Assembly (NCBI GenBank): GCA_963768835.1
Contig: CAVYJB010000001.1
Coordinates: forward strand, 24,420-88,419
Source of the DNA: an uncultured bacterium
GTDB taxonomy: Bacteria > Patescibacteriota > Minisyncoccia > UBA6257 > GWB1-50-10
Reading direction: 5' to 3'
Length of the DNA: 64,000 nucleotides
Shown here: one piece after another, positions 18,581 to 27,679 of the stretch
Numbering within the stretch: the first letter of the stretch is position 1
How the letters are laid out: every line of letters starts with the position of its first letter
Program-made: the position numbers and the translations under genes
Notes under the pieces: model-generated
The model's database searches: none
What the model was told of the DNA's origin: nothing
What the model saw: only the letters and a program-made list of their open reading frames with translations

Positions 18581-18904
18581 GTGACAAACCTTAGCTGTGT
18601 TCTCCGCTCTAGTACCAACCGGCTTGAATCAGTATAAGCGTTCTTTGGGGGCTGGAGTAGGGGACCAATCGACCCGTCTCGGTCAGGGGTCAAATGTGAC
18701 ACAAAGAGGTGCCTCACGGGGTGTCTTGTCCTGGGCAGACGAGGCAGCAATGTTACAAATGTTACTGTGCTAAGCGCTTCAGCTGGCGCTCTTGACTGCT
18801 AACGAAGTAAACGCTATAACACTTCCAGCTGTTTGAACGCCCTACCAACCCTCCGAAGCGTAGTAGGAGCGTGCGGTACGGCATAACTGAGAAGGGGTTG
18901 TCAC

Positions 18905-19345
18905 ATGACGGCGAAACACGTTGTCGCAGACGACCTGTACGGAAAGTTCTCCAAGCGGATCTGGGAACTCGACCGTCGCGTTCTCGAGGGAACCATTCCC
19001 ATCGAGGATGCGTTGGATGTGGTGCAAAGGATATTCGACGGAACGTTCCCAAAATCGCTCCCCCCGGTGCCGCTCCCCGAACTTATCTCGACGGCGCTTG
19101 CGGAAATCGTCGAGGAAAAGAAAAGAGGTTACTTCTTCCCCGACGAACGGTTCCATCACGCCGAGATCGGGCGTCGCCTCTTCTTCCGTCGCCACTGTGG
19201 CACACGCGCTCTCCAGGTGAGGTTTTACCACCTATGGACATATGACCATGGCATCAAGCAGGTCAGGCGTTCGTATGACGACATGGCGCTGTGCCCGGTC
19301 TGTGGATTCTTTTGGGACGTCCAACCGACCGCTCACAATGATTAG
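18905..19345 (+). CDS. Hypothetical protein
   Basis: RBS gaagggg 8 nt upstream; followed by a terminator; C-terminal CPVCG motif. Confidence 0.45.
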   Translation: MTAKHVVADDLYGKFSKRIWELDRRVLEGTIPIEDALDVVQRIFDGTFPKSLPPVPLPELISTALAEIVEEKKRGYFFPDERFHHAEIGRRLFFRRHCGTRALQVRFYHLWTYDHGIKQVRRSYDDMALCPVCGFFWDVQPTAHND

Positions 19346-19381
19346 CGCACGCGTGCGGAAGTAGGATAGATCGCTCCACGA

Positions 19382-19414
19382 GCGGCATCGAACCATATCG
19401 GTGCCGCTTTTTAT
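19382..19414 (+). terminator. Rho-independent terminator
   Basis: gcggcatcg ... cggtgccgc hairpin then tttttat. Confidence 0.65.
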
Positions 19415-19484
19415 AGATTTGACTCGACTGGGTTGACGCTGCCGGTCCGCCGGTGGAACAAAGCCCGCATTTCCAGGCTACAAA

Positions 19485-19528
19485 ACGCTCTCTCCGGTCT
19501 CCCACGATACTGCGCTCAAGGTGGCTGC
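19485..19528 (+). repeat. Direct repeat copy A (distal att-like site): tRNA-Gln 3' terminus plus trailer
   Basis: acgctct(ct)ccggtctcccacgatactgcgctcaaggtggctgc, near-identical to 20598..20639. Confidence 0.75.
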
Positions 19529-19612
19529 CGCGACTATATTCTCACTCGACCCCGAAAAGTATTGAAAAATCTACACTCGACTCTAAAAACCTCGGTTCGA
19601 ATCCAGGACGGG

Positions 19613-20119
19613 TCATTTATTTACCCGATAATGCAGTTGAATTTCATTATCGGTGATTTTCTTTTGCCCCACGAGCTCCAGTTTCCGCTCAAAGCCTTTG
19701 TCCTTAAAAATTGGTATTCCTCGACCGATAACGATCGGCTCAATGTCTAAGTAGATTTCGTCAACGAGATTTTCAGCCAGGAACGAGGCGTTAAGAATGC
19801 CGCCGCCAGCGACAATGACTTCCTTAAAATCTTTCAGAAGATCGAGAGCTTCCTTTGGTGAATGAGCAACCAGGTGGTTGGGAGCTAACGTTGCGAAATC
19901 TTCCCCTGAAACCGCTACGATGGTTATACCCTTCAATTCGGCAAATTCGGGTTGTTTCGTGAGAATGTGATAGGTTCTCCGCCCCACCACGACACATCCT
20001 GCCGTGCGTATTACCAAACTGTAGCTATCCCACTCTTCCTGGGAAATCCAGCTTGTGTCGTCGTCGCTTTTGGCAATCACGCCGTTTATGCTGATTGCCA
20101 TGTAGAGAATTACTTTCAT
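19613..20119 (-). CDS. RibD C-terminal domain / dihydrofolate reductase-family reductase
   Basis: MKVILYMAISINGVIA ... RRTY ... VIVAGGGILNASFL pattern of PF01872; AT-rich. Confidence 0.75.
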   Translation of the reverse strand: MKVILYMAISINGVIAKSDDDTSWISQEEWDSYSLVIRTAGCVVVGRRTYHILTKQPEFAELKGITIVAVSGEDFATLAPNHLVAHSPKEALDLLKDFKEVIVAGGGILNASFLAENLVDEIYLDIEPIVIGRGIPIFKDKGFERKLELVGQKKITDNEIQLHYRVNK

Positions 20120-20126
20120 AGTGGCG

Positions 20127-20519
20127 TTATTTCAGAATCTCAGAAATCTTCTCCCGTGGAATGATGCGTACCCTCACTTTGTCCATTTTGAGGATATAAG
20201 CCTTCATGAGGCGGTGCAACCCATCCAGAATCAGCCATCGTCCTTTGTTTTCCATGATATCAATGGGGTGCCGCAGGTCCGCCTTCATGGTCCGCTCGTA
20301 TTCCTTCTGGTATTTGCTGGGGTTCTCGATAATGTCCCTGGATTTCAGGTTATAGATACCACCCTCATGCCAGTGGAAGGGGACATCGAAATGCCAGGTG
20401 AGTTCATTGATATCCATCTCAGAAACCGGTACCTCAAGGGCCCAGACCTTCCTCTCATCCCAAGAGAAATCAAACCCCACATCTTTGATGATTTTGGGAA
20501 AATCTTTCTTCAGGTTCAT
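20127..20519 (-). CDS. Hypothetical protein, possibly ParB-like nuclease domain
   Basis: WLILDGLHRL resembles the ParB/Srx-fold DGxHR motif; AT-rich; domain call is weak. Confidence 0.45.
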   Translation of the reverse strand: MNLKKDFPKIIKDVGFDFSWDERKVWALEVPVSEMDINELTWHFDVPFHWHEGGIYNLKSRDIIENPSKYQKEYERTMKADLRHPIDIMENKGRWLILDGLHRLMKAYILKMDKVRVRIIPREKISEILK

Positions 20520-20597
20520 GTTTCAGCTCTCTTAGTTCGAATCCAGAGAGGGTCACGGGTTCTGGATTCGAACCGACGTTCAAAAATGCTGATAAAC

Positions 20598-20639
20598 ACG
20601 CTCTCCGGTCTCCCACGATACTGCGCTCAAGGTGGCTGC
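20598..20639 (+). repeat. Direct repeat copy B, overlapping the tRNA-Gln 3' end
   Basis: Matches 19485..19528 apart from a 2-nt indel. Confidence 0.75.
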
Positions 20640-20706
20640 GGGGCCTGGATTCGAACCAAGATACCATGGTTCAGAGCCATGTGTCCTACCATTAGACGAC
20701 CCCGCA
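20633..20706 (-). tRNA. tRNA-Gln (anticodon CTG), CCA encoded
   Basis: Manual fold: acceptor TGCGGGG/CCCCGCA (U1-A72), D-stem GTCT/GGAC, anticodon stem CATGG/CCATG with loop CTCTGAA, T-arm CTTGG-TTCGAAT-CCAGG, G73, CCA; 74 nt. Confidence 0.85.
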
Positions 20707-20728
20707 ATGTCTTCAGTCTGCCCTACCT

Positions 20729-21157
20729 TTGCAAAATTTTCAAATCATATATACTAGCTCCATGCTTACCAAATATAAGAACCTTGACCTAGCGCTTCTC
20801 ATCGCCCGGCTCGGGCTCTCGGTGCTGTTCTTCAATGAGGGGATCACGAAGATTCTCAGTTTCGGTCAGACGTCGAAGTTCTTCGCGTCCATCGGCCTCA
20901 GCGTCGACATGCTCTACTTCATCATCGCGGTCGAACTTTTGGCTGCTGTTGTGTTTCTTATCGGTATCCTGCCTGAGTGGGGTTATGTCATCGCCATTGA
21001 AATGCTTGTCATCATCTTTAAGCTTCAGCTTCCGCATGGCATCGGCCATATCTTCGGGTTCGAGTTCACGGTCTTTGCTCTCGCGCTCGCGGTGGCACTT
21101 GCGGGCCCCGGAAAATATTCGCTTACAAGGTGGTTTGCGGGACGTTCAAAGAGTTAA
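20729..21157 (+). CDS. DoxX-family membrane protein
   Basis: Four TM helices; LALLIARLGLSVLFFNEG typical DoxX N-terminus; possible internal start at 20762. Confidence 0.55.
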   Translation: MQNFQIIYTSSMLTKYKNLDLALLIARLGLSVLFFNEGITKILSFGQTSKFFASIGLSVDMLYFIIAVELLAAVVFLIGILPEWGYVIAIEMLVIIFKLQLPHGIGHIFGFEFTVFALALAVALAGPGKYSLTRWFAGRSKS

Positions 21158-21175
21158 TACTTTCGCTCGAGAACT

Positions 21176-21206
21176 AAAGGCCCCTGCACTTGTGGCGGGG
21201 GCCTTT
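21176..21206 (+). terminator. Rho-independent terminator (weak U tract)
   Basis: aaaggcccctgc ... gcgggggccttt hairpin. Confidence 0.45.
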
Positions 21207-21214
21207 AATGCCTT

Positions 21215-21979
21215 ATGATGGGTGAAATGGCGAAGCGAAGATCTTTCCTGCCGTGGCTCATCATAGCGCTCATCGTTGTGGGCATTGTTCTCATTCTTCG
21301 GGGAACGATTTTCCGGAAGCCCGGCTCCATGGTGGACGCGACGGGCGTAGCCTGCAACGTGGCGGGGGCGCCGTATGACCATCGGTGGCTTGCGCATCTC
21401 ACGATCATCACGGACGACATGAATGAGCCGGTGCCCTTAAACGCGGGGCTCGATACCTGTGCGCACGCAGTTCATACGGCGACGGATATCGGCATGATCC
21501 ACATCGATGCCCAGGACCAGCAGGATTACTTTCTCGGGGACTTCTTCGCGGTCATGGGAAAGCCGATTAATCGCATGGGCTACCGTGTGACGGCTACCCT
21601 GAACGGTCAGCCGTGGGCCGGGGATCCAGGAACCATCCCGCTTACCGATCAGGCTCAAATTGTCCTCACCTACACCTCGCTCTCGCGACCCGTGACCTCT
21701 TCGACGACGAGTGGGGGAGCCTCAACGAGCTACGAACTTACGTCCGGAAACAACGGGCAAACTTTCATATATCCTGTGGGGGCAACCTTCCGGGTTGTTC
21801 TGAACGGCAGCGACTATCCCAAGAAGAGTTTAGCTTGCACACCCGCCGGCATCATTGGCCCCGCTTCAGGCATTCCCGCCGTCGCCGCTCCTTTCTATGC
21901 GGCGCCGTTCAAAACGCTTGCGACCGGCACCTGCACGCTTTCCTCAGGAGGTTTCTCCGTCACCGTCAGTGTGAGGTGA
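21215..21979 (+). CDS. Hypothetical membrane-anchored secreted protein
   Basis: N-terminal signal anchor LPWLIIALIVVGIVLIL; no known motif. Confidence 0.5.
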   Translation: MMGEMAKRRSFLPWLIIALIVVGIVLILRGTIFRKPGSMVDATGVACNVAGAPYDHRWLAHLTIITDDMNEPVPLNAGLDTCAHAVHTATDIGMIHIDAQDQQDYFLGDFFAVMGKPINRMGYRVTATLNGQPWAGDPGTIPLTDQAQIVLTYTSLSRPVTSSTTSGGASTSYELTSGNNGQTFIYPVGATFRVVLNGSDYPKKSLACTPAGIIGPASGIPAVAAPFYAAPFKTLATGTCTLSSGGFSVTVSVR

Positions 21980-22817
21980 CGGGCTTTTTCCCCTCCATCT
22001 GTGTCATTGTGAGCTTTAGCTTGCCATCCACAACGTCGGCGGCAAGGAGTTTCATTCGCTGGGGCCCGCTTTCGGTTTGCTGGAGGGTCCAAACCCCCGG
22101 TTCCGGATTCAGCGCCCGAACCATCCGATCAATCTTGGCCGCCTTTGCGCCGCCCGTCTCCTGCGCCTCCTCCAACTCTTTTTCGTCCACGAAGCCGTCC
22201 TTTCCTTCAAACTTCCGGGTTCGGGAAACCCCATTTTCATTCTGAGGATGCGCTTTCATTTTCCCCTCAAAGAGCTTCGGGAGGGTCTCCACTAGAAGCT
22301 CTCCGCCGATGTTCGCCAGCTTGTCATGCAAAGTTTCGTAGGTTTCGCGAGGGTCCACCGCACATGTGCGCGTAGCTACGATCGGTCCATGGTCCATCCC
22401 GGTATCCAAGAAATAAAGCGTGACGCCCGTCTCTGATACACCGTCTAAAAGTGCCGATTGGATGGGGGAGGAACCCCGGTATTTCGGGAGAAGGGAGGGG
22501 TGTACGCCAACGGCTCCAAGGCGCGGAATCTTGAGGATGGAGCCCGGGATTATTTTTGCATATGCCGCGACAACAAAGAGATCGGGATGAAGCTCCGACA
22601 GGGCGCCCTCGATATCGCTTAACGTTTCCGGTTGGAAGACCGGGATGCCATGCTTTTCCGCAATCATCTTCGTCGGCGGAGGCGTAATGACCTGTTTCCG
22701 CCCGACCGGCCGATCTGGATTCGCCACAAGCGCGGAAGGCTTCACATTTGCCCGTATGAGTTTCCCAAGAATCGTCCTCGCGAATTCCGGGGAACCGAAA
22801 AAAACGAAATTAGACAT
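21966..22817 (-). CDS. fmt: Methionyl-tRNA formyltransferase
   Basis: Start at MSNFVFFGSPEFA; formyltransferase N-domain and C-terminal domain; immediately downstream of def. Confidence 0.9.
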   Translation of the reverse strand: MSNFVFFGSPEFARTILGKLIRANVKPSALVANPDRPVGRKQVITPPPTKMIAEKHGIPVFQPETLSDIEGALSELHPDLFVVAAYAKIIPGSILKIPRLGAVGVHPSLLPKYRGSSPIQSALLDGVSETGVTLYFLDTGMDHGPIVATRTCAVDPRETYETLHDKLANIGGELLVETLPKLFEGKMKAHPQNENGVSRTRKFEGKDGFVDEKELEEAQETGGAKAAKIDRMVRALNPEPGVWTLQQTESGPQRMKLLAADVVDGKLKLTMTQMEGKKPVTSH

Positions 22818-22819
22818 GC

Positions 22820-23332
22820 CTACGGAGTCGTTTTCTTTTGATATTTTCGAAGCTCCTTGCTGCGGTCGATGAAGAGTTTGCCGTCCAGGTGATCCACCTC
22901 GTGCTGGAACACGCGGGCCAGGAGTCCCCATGCTTTAATCTTCACTTTCTTCCCGTTCTGATCTTGACCCGCGAGAACCAGCCGATAGACCCGTTCCACC
23001 GGGCCATAGGTCTCGGGGACCGAAAGACACCCTTCCTCCAAGGTTTCCGCGCCAGGGAAAGTCTTCTCAATCTTCGGATTGAAGAGAGCATAAAACTTCG
23101 GGTTACCCTGATCGTCCGGTACCTGGGCCACAAACACCCTCCAATGAAGGCCGATCTGGTTCGCGGAGAGCCCTACCCCGTTCGCTTTGCGCATCATGGC
23201 GCGCATGTGGGCAACGAGTTCCCGGACCTCTTTCTTCGTAAACTTCCCGAAATCAAAATGCTCCGTCTTCGTACGGAGGAATTTTTCCTCTTTTTTCTCG
23301 GAAATCGTAACGATCCTATTTTCGAGCTTCAT
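22820..23332 (-). CDS. def: Peptide deformylase
   Basis: GVGLSANQIG, EGCLSVP and HEVDHLDG motifs. Confidence 0.93.
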   Translation of the reverse strand: MKLENRIVTISEKKEEKFLRTKTEHFDFGKFTKKEVRELVAHMRAMMRKANGVGLSANQIGLHWRVFVAQVPDDQGNPKFYALFNPKIEKTFPGAETLEEGCLSVPETYGPVERVYRLVLAGQDQNGKKVKIKAWGLLARVFQHEVDHLDGKLFIDRSKELRKYQKKTTP

Positions 23333-23582
23333 CGTTGGAATGGAGGAGACGCATGAAATAGGCGCCCCGATTCTTCACGCCCTTCCGTTCGGCGACCGAT
23401 TTCGCGAGCGTCATGAGCTTTCCGACACCATGTTCCTTGGCAAGCTTAATGTAAAGCGCCTTGTGCCTACGGTCTCCTAGTATCTCCGCGAGTTCGAGGC
23501 CCGCGAGCTGGTAATCACGGTAGAGGTGGCCTTCTTTCCGGCGCTCCTTCAAAAGCTTCAGATATTCCGCATCGAACGCCAT
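23316..23582 (-). CDS. Small hypothetical protein overlapping the def start
   Basis: 88-aa ORF, 17-nt overlap with def suggests translational coupling; no motif. Confidence 0.4.
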   Translation of the reverse strand: MAFDAEYLKLLKERRKEGHLYRDYQLAGLELAEILGDRRHKALYIKLAKEHGVGKLMTLAKSVAERKGVKNRGAYFMRLLHSNDEARK

Positions 23583-23598
23583 ATCCCCATCTTATGCT

Positions 23599-24183
23599 AT
23601 GATGGAGCGGATGAAAAGGCGGCTCTTTATCGCGCTTCCATTGCAAGAAAATGTGGAAGCCGCTCTCATGCAGGAGGCGAAAACGCTTGCCCCGCGCATG
23701 CGCACCTTCGCCCGATTTCTCGCGGAGGACACTTGGCATCTCACGCTGACATTCCTTGGCGACCAAGAAGAGAGCCAGATCCCTACGATGGAACGCGCGA
23801 TGCGAGAGGCGATGGGTGCGCGACCGTCTCCCAAGGTGACCTTCGAACGTATCGCATACGGCCCGCCTCAAGGGTCGCCGCGGATGATCTGGCTTTTGAC
23901 GGACCATACAACCTCGATTGCGCTGGGAAGATTGAGAAATTCGCTCGAGAACAACCTTGAGACCCTTGGAATTCGCTGGGAACGGGATCACCGTCCCTAC
24001 CACGGCCACCTCACGCTGGCCCGGTTCCGCCCCGATGCCCAAGGTCCGTTCCCGCCCCTCGACCGCCCATTCCAGCAAGATTTCGCACCCACCTCACTTA
24101 ATCTTATGGAATCGGAGCTCCAGAGAGAGGGAGCTCTCTATACGGTCCGAGCTGCGTTGCGTTGGGCCTCCGAATCTGCTTAA
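23599..24183 (+). CDS. thpR: RNA 2',3'-cyclic phosphodiesterase (2H phosphoesterase, LigT/ThpR)
   Basis: Two H-x-T-x motifs: HLTLTFLG and HGHLTLAR. Confidence 0.85.
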   Translation: MMERMKRRLFIALPLQENVEAALMQEAKTLAPRMRTFARFLAEDTWHLTLTFLGDQEESQIPTMERAMREAMGARPSPKVTFERIAYGPPQGSPRMIWLLTDHTTSIALGRLRNSLENNLETLGIRWERDHRPYHGHLTLARFRPDAQGPFPPLDRPFQQDFAPTSLNLMESELQREGALYTVRAALRWASESA

Positions 24184-25401
24184 ATGGTTGAACAGCCTAT
24201 GCCACGAAAATCTAAGGTTAAGGTCCTTCTCGTCGTTCTCGGTCTCGTTGTAGTCCTCTGCGCGGCTTTTTATGCCGGTGATCTCTTCGGTGTGGGGAGG
24301 AAATCCATAACGATTTCCGACAGTCGAAGCATCATCAATGCGGACTTCTCTCTCTTTTGGAATGCGATGCAGCTCGTGAAGGACAAATACGTCAATATTG
24401 CAGATGTGAAGGATCAGGACCTCGTTTACGGGGCCATTAAAGGCGCGGTCGGAGCCCTGGGCGATCCCTACACGACCTTCTTCCCTCCCACCGATGCTCA
24501 GAAGTTTCAAGAAGATCTCACCGGCAGTTTTGGTGGCATCGGCGCCGAGATCGGTGAAAAGAACAATCAGATCGTCATCATCGCACCCTTGAAGGGCAAC
24601 GCGGCGGAGGCGGCGGGCCTCAAGGCGGGGGATATGATCTTGAAAATCAACGATACCGTGACTACCGACATGGCCGTGGAAGATGCCGTCACGCTCATCC
24701 GGGGACCCGAGGGAAGCACGGTGACGCTTCTCATCTATCGTGATGGCTGGAAAGACCCCCAGTCGATTAAAGTCACGCGCGGCGTGGTTTCGGTCCCCAC
24801 GCTCGACTGGGAGATGAAGCCCGGGAACATCGCCGTGTTCCACCTCTACAATTTCGATGCAAATGCGGCTCAGCTCTTCTACAATGCCTCCCTCGATGCG
24901 CTTTCGAAGGGTGCGCGGGGCGTGGTTTTGGATCTTCGGAATAACCCAGGTGGGTATCTGGATGTCGCAAATGAGCTCGCGGGATGGTTCGTGAAGCGCG
25001 GGGAAGTGGTGGTCCAAGAGAAGTTCCGCTCGGGTGAAACCACAACCTTCCGCGCCACAGGGAACGAGGCATTCGTAGGCTTCCCAACCGTAGTTCTTGT
25101 GAACGGTGGCTCAGCCTCCGCGGCAGAGATTCTTGCGGGAGCGCTCCGCGACGATTCGGGTGTGAAGCTCGTAGGTGAGAAAACCTTCGGGAAGGGGAGT
25201 GTGCAGGAGCTTCAGGCACTCTCGGACGGCTCGACGCTCAAGGTTACCATCGCAAAGTGGCTTACCCCGAACGGGGATGAGATTGATAAAAAGGGGCTCG
25301 ACCCCGATGTGGTGGCGACTTCCTCGGACGCCGATGCTCTCGCGAACCGCGACCCGGTGCTCGATAAAGCGCTCCAAATGGTAGGCGCGCAGCTTCACTA
25401 A
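24184..25401 (+). CDS. ctpA: Carboxyl-terminal processing (S41) peptidase with PDZ domain
   Basis: Signal anchor; PDZ ([13 protein letters not shown]); [11 protein letters not shown]; [18 protein letters not shown]; catalytic [11 protein letters not shown]. Confidence 0.9.
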   Translation: MVEQPMPRKSKVKVLLVVLGLVVVLCAAFYAGDLFGVGRKSITISDSRSIINADFSLFWNAMQLVKDKYVNIADVKDQDLVYGAIKGAVGALGDPYTTFFPPTDAQKFQEDLTGSFGGIGAEIGEKNNQIVIIAPLKGNAAEAAGLKAGDMILKINDTVTTDMAVEDAVTLIRGPEGSTVTLLIYRDGWKDPQSIKVTRGVVSVPTLDWEMKPGNIAVFHLYNFDANAAQLFYNASLDALSKGARGVVLDLRNNPGGYLDVANELAGWFVKRGEVVVQEKFRSGETTTFRATGNEAFVGFPTVVLVNGGSASAAEILAGALRDDSGVKLVGEKTFGKGSVQELQALSDGSTLKVTIAKWLTPNGDEIDKKGLDPDVVATSSDADALANRDPVLDKALQMVGAQLH

Positions 25402-25402
25402 A

Positions 25403-25840
25403 ATGAGAGTCATTCTATTAAAAGACGTGAAAGGGTTGGGGAAACGGCTTGAGGTCCACGAAGTGAAGGACGGCTATGCGCGGAATCTTCTGTTCCCTCA
25501 GAAACTCGCAGAGCCGGCAACCTCGGCGGCTCTCGCGCGTCTTGAAGCTCTGCGCATCCAATGGGAAGCGGAACATGCACGGATTGTCGAGGAACTCACC
25601 GCAAAGGCAACGGTTGTCGGAAAGCTAATCCTTGAGTTCCCGCTTCGTGTAGGCGAGAAAGACGAGATCTTCGGCTCGGTGACCGCGAAGGATGTCATGG
25701 AAGCGCTTGCGGCGAAGGGCTATCCCAACGTCACGATAGAACTAAAACGCCCCCTGAAAAAGCTGGGCGACCAGAGCGTTACGGCGGACTTGGGAGAGGG
25801 AATTAAAACAACCCTCGCCGTGAGGGTTGTCTCGAAGTAG
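25403..25840 (+). CDS. rplI: 50S ribosomal protein L9
   Basis: [40 protein letters not shown] matches the L9 N-domain. Confidence 0.92.
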   Translation: MRVILLKDVKGLGKRLEVHEVKDGYARNLLFPQKLAEPATSAALARLEALRIQWEAEHARIVEELTAKATVVGKLILEFPLRVGEKDEIFGSVTAKDVMEALAAKGYPNVTIELKRPLKKLGDQSVTADLGEGIKTTLAVRVVSK

Positions 25841-25859
25841 GCCAGGAAGCTTCTCGCGG

Positions 25860-26138
25860 TTAGGCGGTGACCACGTTCACGACGGTCACCCTTTTTTTTG
25901 AGCCGTCGAAATGCGTGTGTCGCCGCTCCACGAACTTCACCGTGCCGGCCCGTCCGGCGTAGAGCGTATCATCCCCGCCCTGTCGGACGTTTTTGCCAGG
26001 ATAATACTTCGTTCCGCGCTGGCGTACAATGACCTCGCCGGGACCCACCTGGGAGCCGTCAGACCGTTTCACGCCGAGCCGCTTGGATTCGGACTCGCGC
26101 CCTAGTTTAGTTGAGCCTTTAGCTTTGGTATGCGCCAT
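25860..26138 (-). CDS. rpmA: 50S ribosomal protein L27
   Basis: [25 protein letters not shown]...[15 protein letters not shown]...DTLYA typical L27. Confidence 0.93.
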   Translation of the reverse strand: MAHTKAKGSTKLGRESESKRLGVKRSDGSQVGPGEVIVRQRGTKYYPGKNVRQGGDDTLYAGRAGTVKFVERRHTHFDGSKKRVTVVNVVTA

Positions 26139-26175
26139 AGTTTACTGGGTTCAGGTTCGCGATTGATGCAGGAGC

Positions 26176-26204
26176 ATTATAGGGTGGACGCGCGAATGTG
26201 TCAA
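26176..26204 (-). promoter_or_regulatory. Consensus sigma70-type promoter for rpmA (TTGACA-N17-TATAAT)
   Basis: Minus-strand reading ttgacacattcgcgcgtccaccctataat; predicted TSS ~30 nt upstream of the rpmA ATG. Confidence 0.65.
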
Positions 26205-26311
26205 CCATGTCGGGGTAATAAAGGCCTTCGAGGCACCCGATTGGTTGACCCAATCCAAGACAGGGGAGTAGAGTTATTGCAGAAACGCTGATTCACAACC
26301 GAGGAGGGGAT

Positions 26312-26545
26312 ATGCAGCATCACTGGGAGGTGTATGCGTTCACGCTGATCGCCTGCCTGCTCCTGGCATTTATTGCCGAGAAGATGGATCGGGGCCGAGA
26401 ATTTCAGTATGCGAGTGCTCTGGTCCATAAACGCCGGAGATTGGCTTTCGTGGCCGGCGTCGGGCTTGCCGCCGCTGCTATCATCGTGGAGTATTTGACC
26501 CGATTTTCTTCGGGCGAACCCCACAGGGCATCGGGGCTCTTCTAA
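26312..26545 (+). CDS. Small hypothetical membrane protein
   Basis: Two hydrophobic helices; followed directly by a strong terminator. Confidence 0.4.
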   Translation: MQHHWEVYAFTLIACLLLAFIAEKMDRGREFQYASALVHKRRRLAFVAGVGLAAAAIIVEYLTRFSSGEPHRASGLF

Positions 26546-26590
26546 AAGCGCCGTCCTTTCCCAAGCTAGGGAGGACGGCGCTTTCATTTT
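26545..26590 (+). terminator. Rho-independent terminator
   Basis: aaagcgccgtcc ... ggacggcgcttt long hairpin followed by cattttctcc. Confidence 0.7.
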
Positions 26591-26710
26591 CTCCTGTGCA
26601 CCAGCTGGACGATGTTCGAACGATTTTAGAATCATCACCTAGTTAATTCTCTCTGCTGGACAATGCATCTCAAAAACGGATGATTTAGGGTCGGTCGGAT
26701 CGCAGAATGC

Positions 26711-27370
26711 TTAATCGTGAACCAGATGCTTCGTATACCCAAGTGCGACCAATTTATTATATGCGTCCCAAACCTCATCCGGTATTTCCTGATGAATCTG
26801 GAATCCCTTTTCCGGATAAATTCTTATTCTCTGCAAATAGCCAACCATAATATTTATAATAAAATCCTTCGATAACTTTTCATTAGGGTAGTTTTCGAAA
26901 GAGATTTGCGGTGAAGTAACGATAAGCTCTTTTCCGGGCCATACCTTTTCGAAGGTCGCATAGGAGCGCCGTTCCATATATGGATTTTGGACCAGGATTA
27001 TTCTCTTCGGGTTCAAATGGCGTTTAGCGAGAAGTTGTTTAGTAAGTTCAATATTTTCACCGGTGTTTCTGGATGTATTTTCAATGAGGATTTTATTCTC
27101 AGGAACCCCCATCGAGATCGCACGTTTTGCGAATTCCTCGGCTTCAGATGTTCGCCACTCAGCGGGAGTCAATCTGCTTCGTCCTCCGGAAAAAATGACA
27201 AGCGGAGCCAATCCTTCAAAGAATAATTGTGCTGCTCGCTCAGCAACTCTAATATCGTTACTGCCAAGGGCTAAAATGCAATCTGCTTTTTCAGGTTTTT
27301 GATGAAGGTTGTGGTAATCCCAAACGATCTTAGCTAATCGGTTAACATCGGTAGTTTGATCCATGACCAT
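26711..27370 (-). CDS. DUF218 (YdcF/ElyC/SanA-like) domain protein
   Basis: ADCILALGSNDIRVAERAAQLFFEGLAPLVIFSGG pattern of DUF218; markedly AT-rich compared with flanks. Confidence 0.7.
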   Translation of the reverse strand: MVMDQTTDVNRLAKIVWDYHNLHQKPEKADCILALGSNDIRVAERAAQLFFEGLAPLVIFSGGRSRLTPAEWRTSEAEEFAKRAISMGVPENKILIENTSRNTGENIELTKQLLAKRHLNPKRIILVQNPYMERRSYATFEKVWPGKELIVTSPQISFENYPNEKLSKDFIINIMVGYLQRIRIYPEKGFQIHQEIPDEVWDAYNKLVALGYTKHLVHD

Positions 27371-27499
27371 GCTTACAATCTAGCAGATTTGAAACAAAAA
27401 CGAACGAGCGTGGTCGACCATCCTATCGCCGTAAATGAATTGATCCCTCAAGTCAGTACTCAGTCTCTTACGGCGGGGTCTAGATTCAAACTTTCGTAG

Positions 27500-27583
27500 T
27501 GCGCGGGACAGGATTTGAACCTGCATGCCCTTACGGGCGCTACCACCTCAAGGTAGTGCGTCTGCCAATTTCGCCACCCGCGC
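27500..27583 (-). tRNA. tRNA-Leu (anticodon GAG), type II, CCA not encoded
   Basis: Manual fold: acceptor GCGCGGG/CCCGCGC, long D-loop with GG, anticodon stem CTACC/GGTAG with loop TTGAGGT, long variable arm GCCC-GTAA-GGGC, T-arm GCAGG-TTCAAAT-CCTGT, A73. Confidence 0.85.
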
Positions 27584-27679
27584 GCAACCCCCATTATATA
27601 CGAGGGAAGTTGGTTTTCAACTCAGTCTTACTTTTGATAAACCCCGATAAATCGCCTAAAATGTGGTAAGACCGCCTCT

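Larger units (their letters stand above)
19529..20632. mobile_element. Putative integrated-element remnant flanked by direct repeats at the tRNA-Gln 3' end (no integrase present)
   Basis: 42-44 bp direct repeats including the last ~9 nt of tRNA-Gln(CTG); AT-rich cargo genes; degenerate T-arm-like tRNA fragments at ~19590-19615 and ~20525-20580. Confidence 0.35.

Noticed and set aside
18600-18900. Possible tmRNA (GGGG... start, tag-like 'gcagacgaggcagcaatgttacaaatgttactgtgctaa')
   Set aside because: No tRNA-like 3' domain (T-arm GGTTCGA.TCC plus ACCA) is present within ~400 nt. The tag-like reading frame is atypical.
26201-26638. 145-aa minus-strand ORF upstream of rpmA (would be in the rplU position)
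   Set aside because: It has no similarity to ribosomal protein L21. The consensus promoter at 26176-26204 starts transcription downstream of it, and it overlaps the plus-strand small ORF and terminator.
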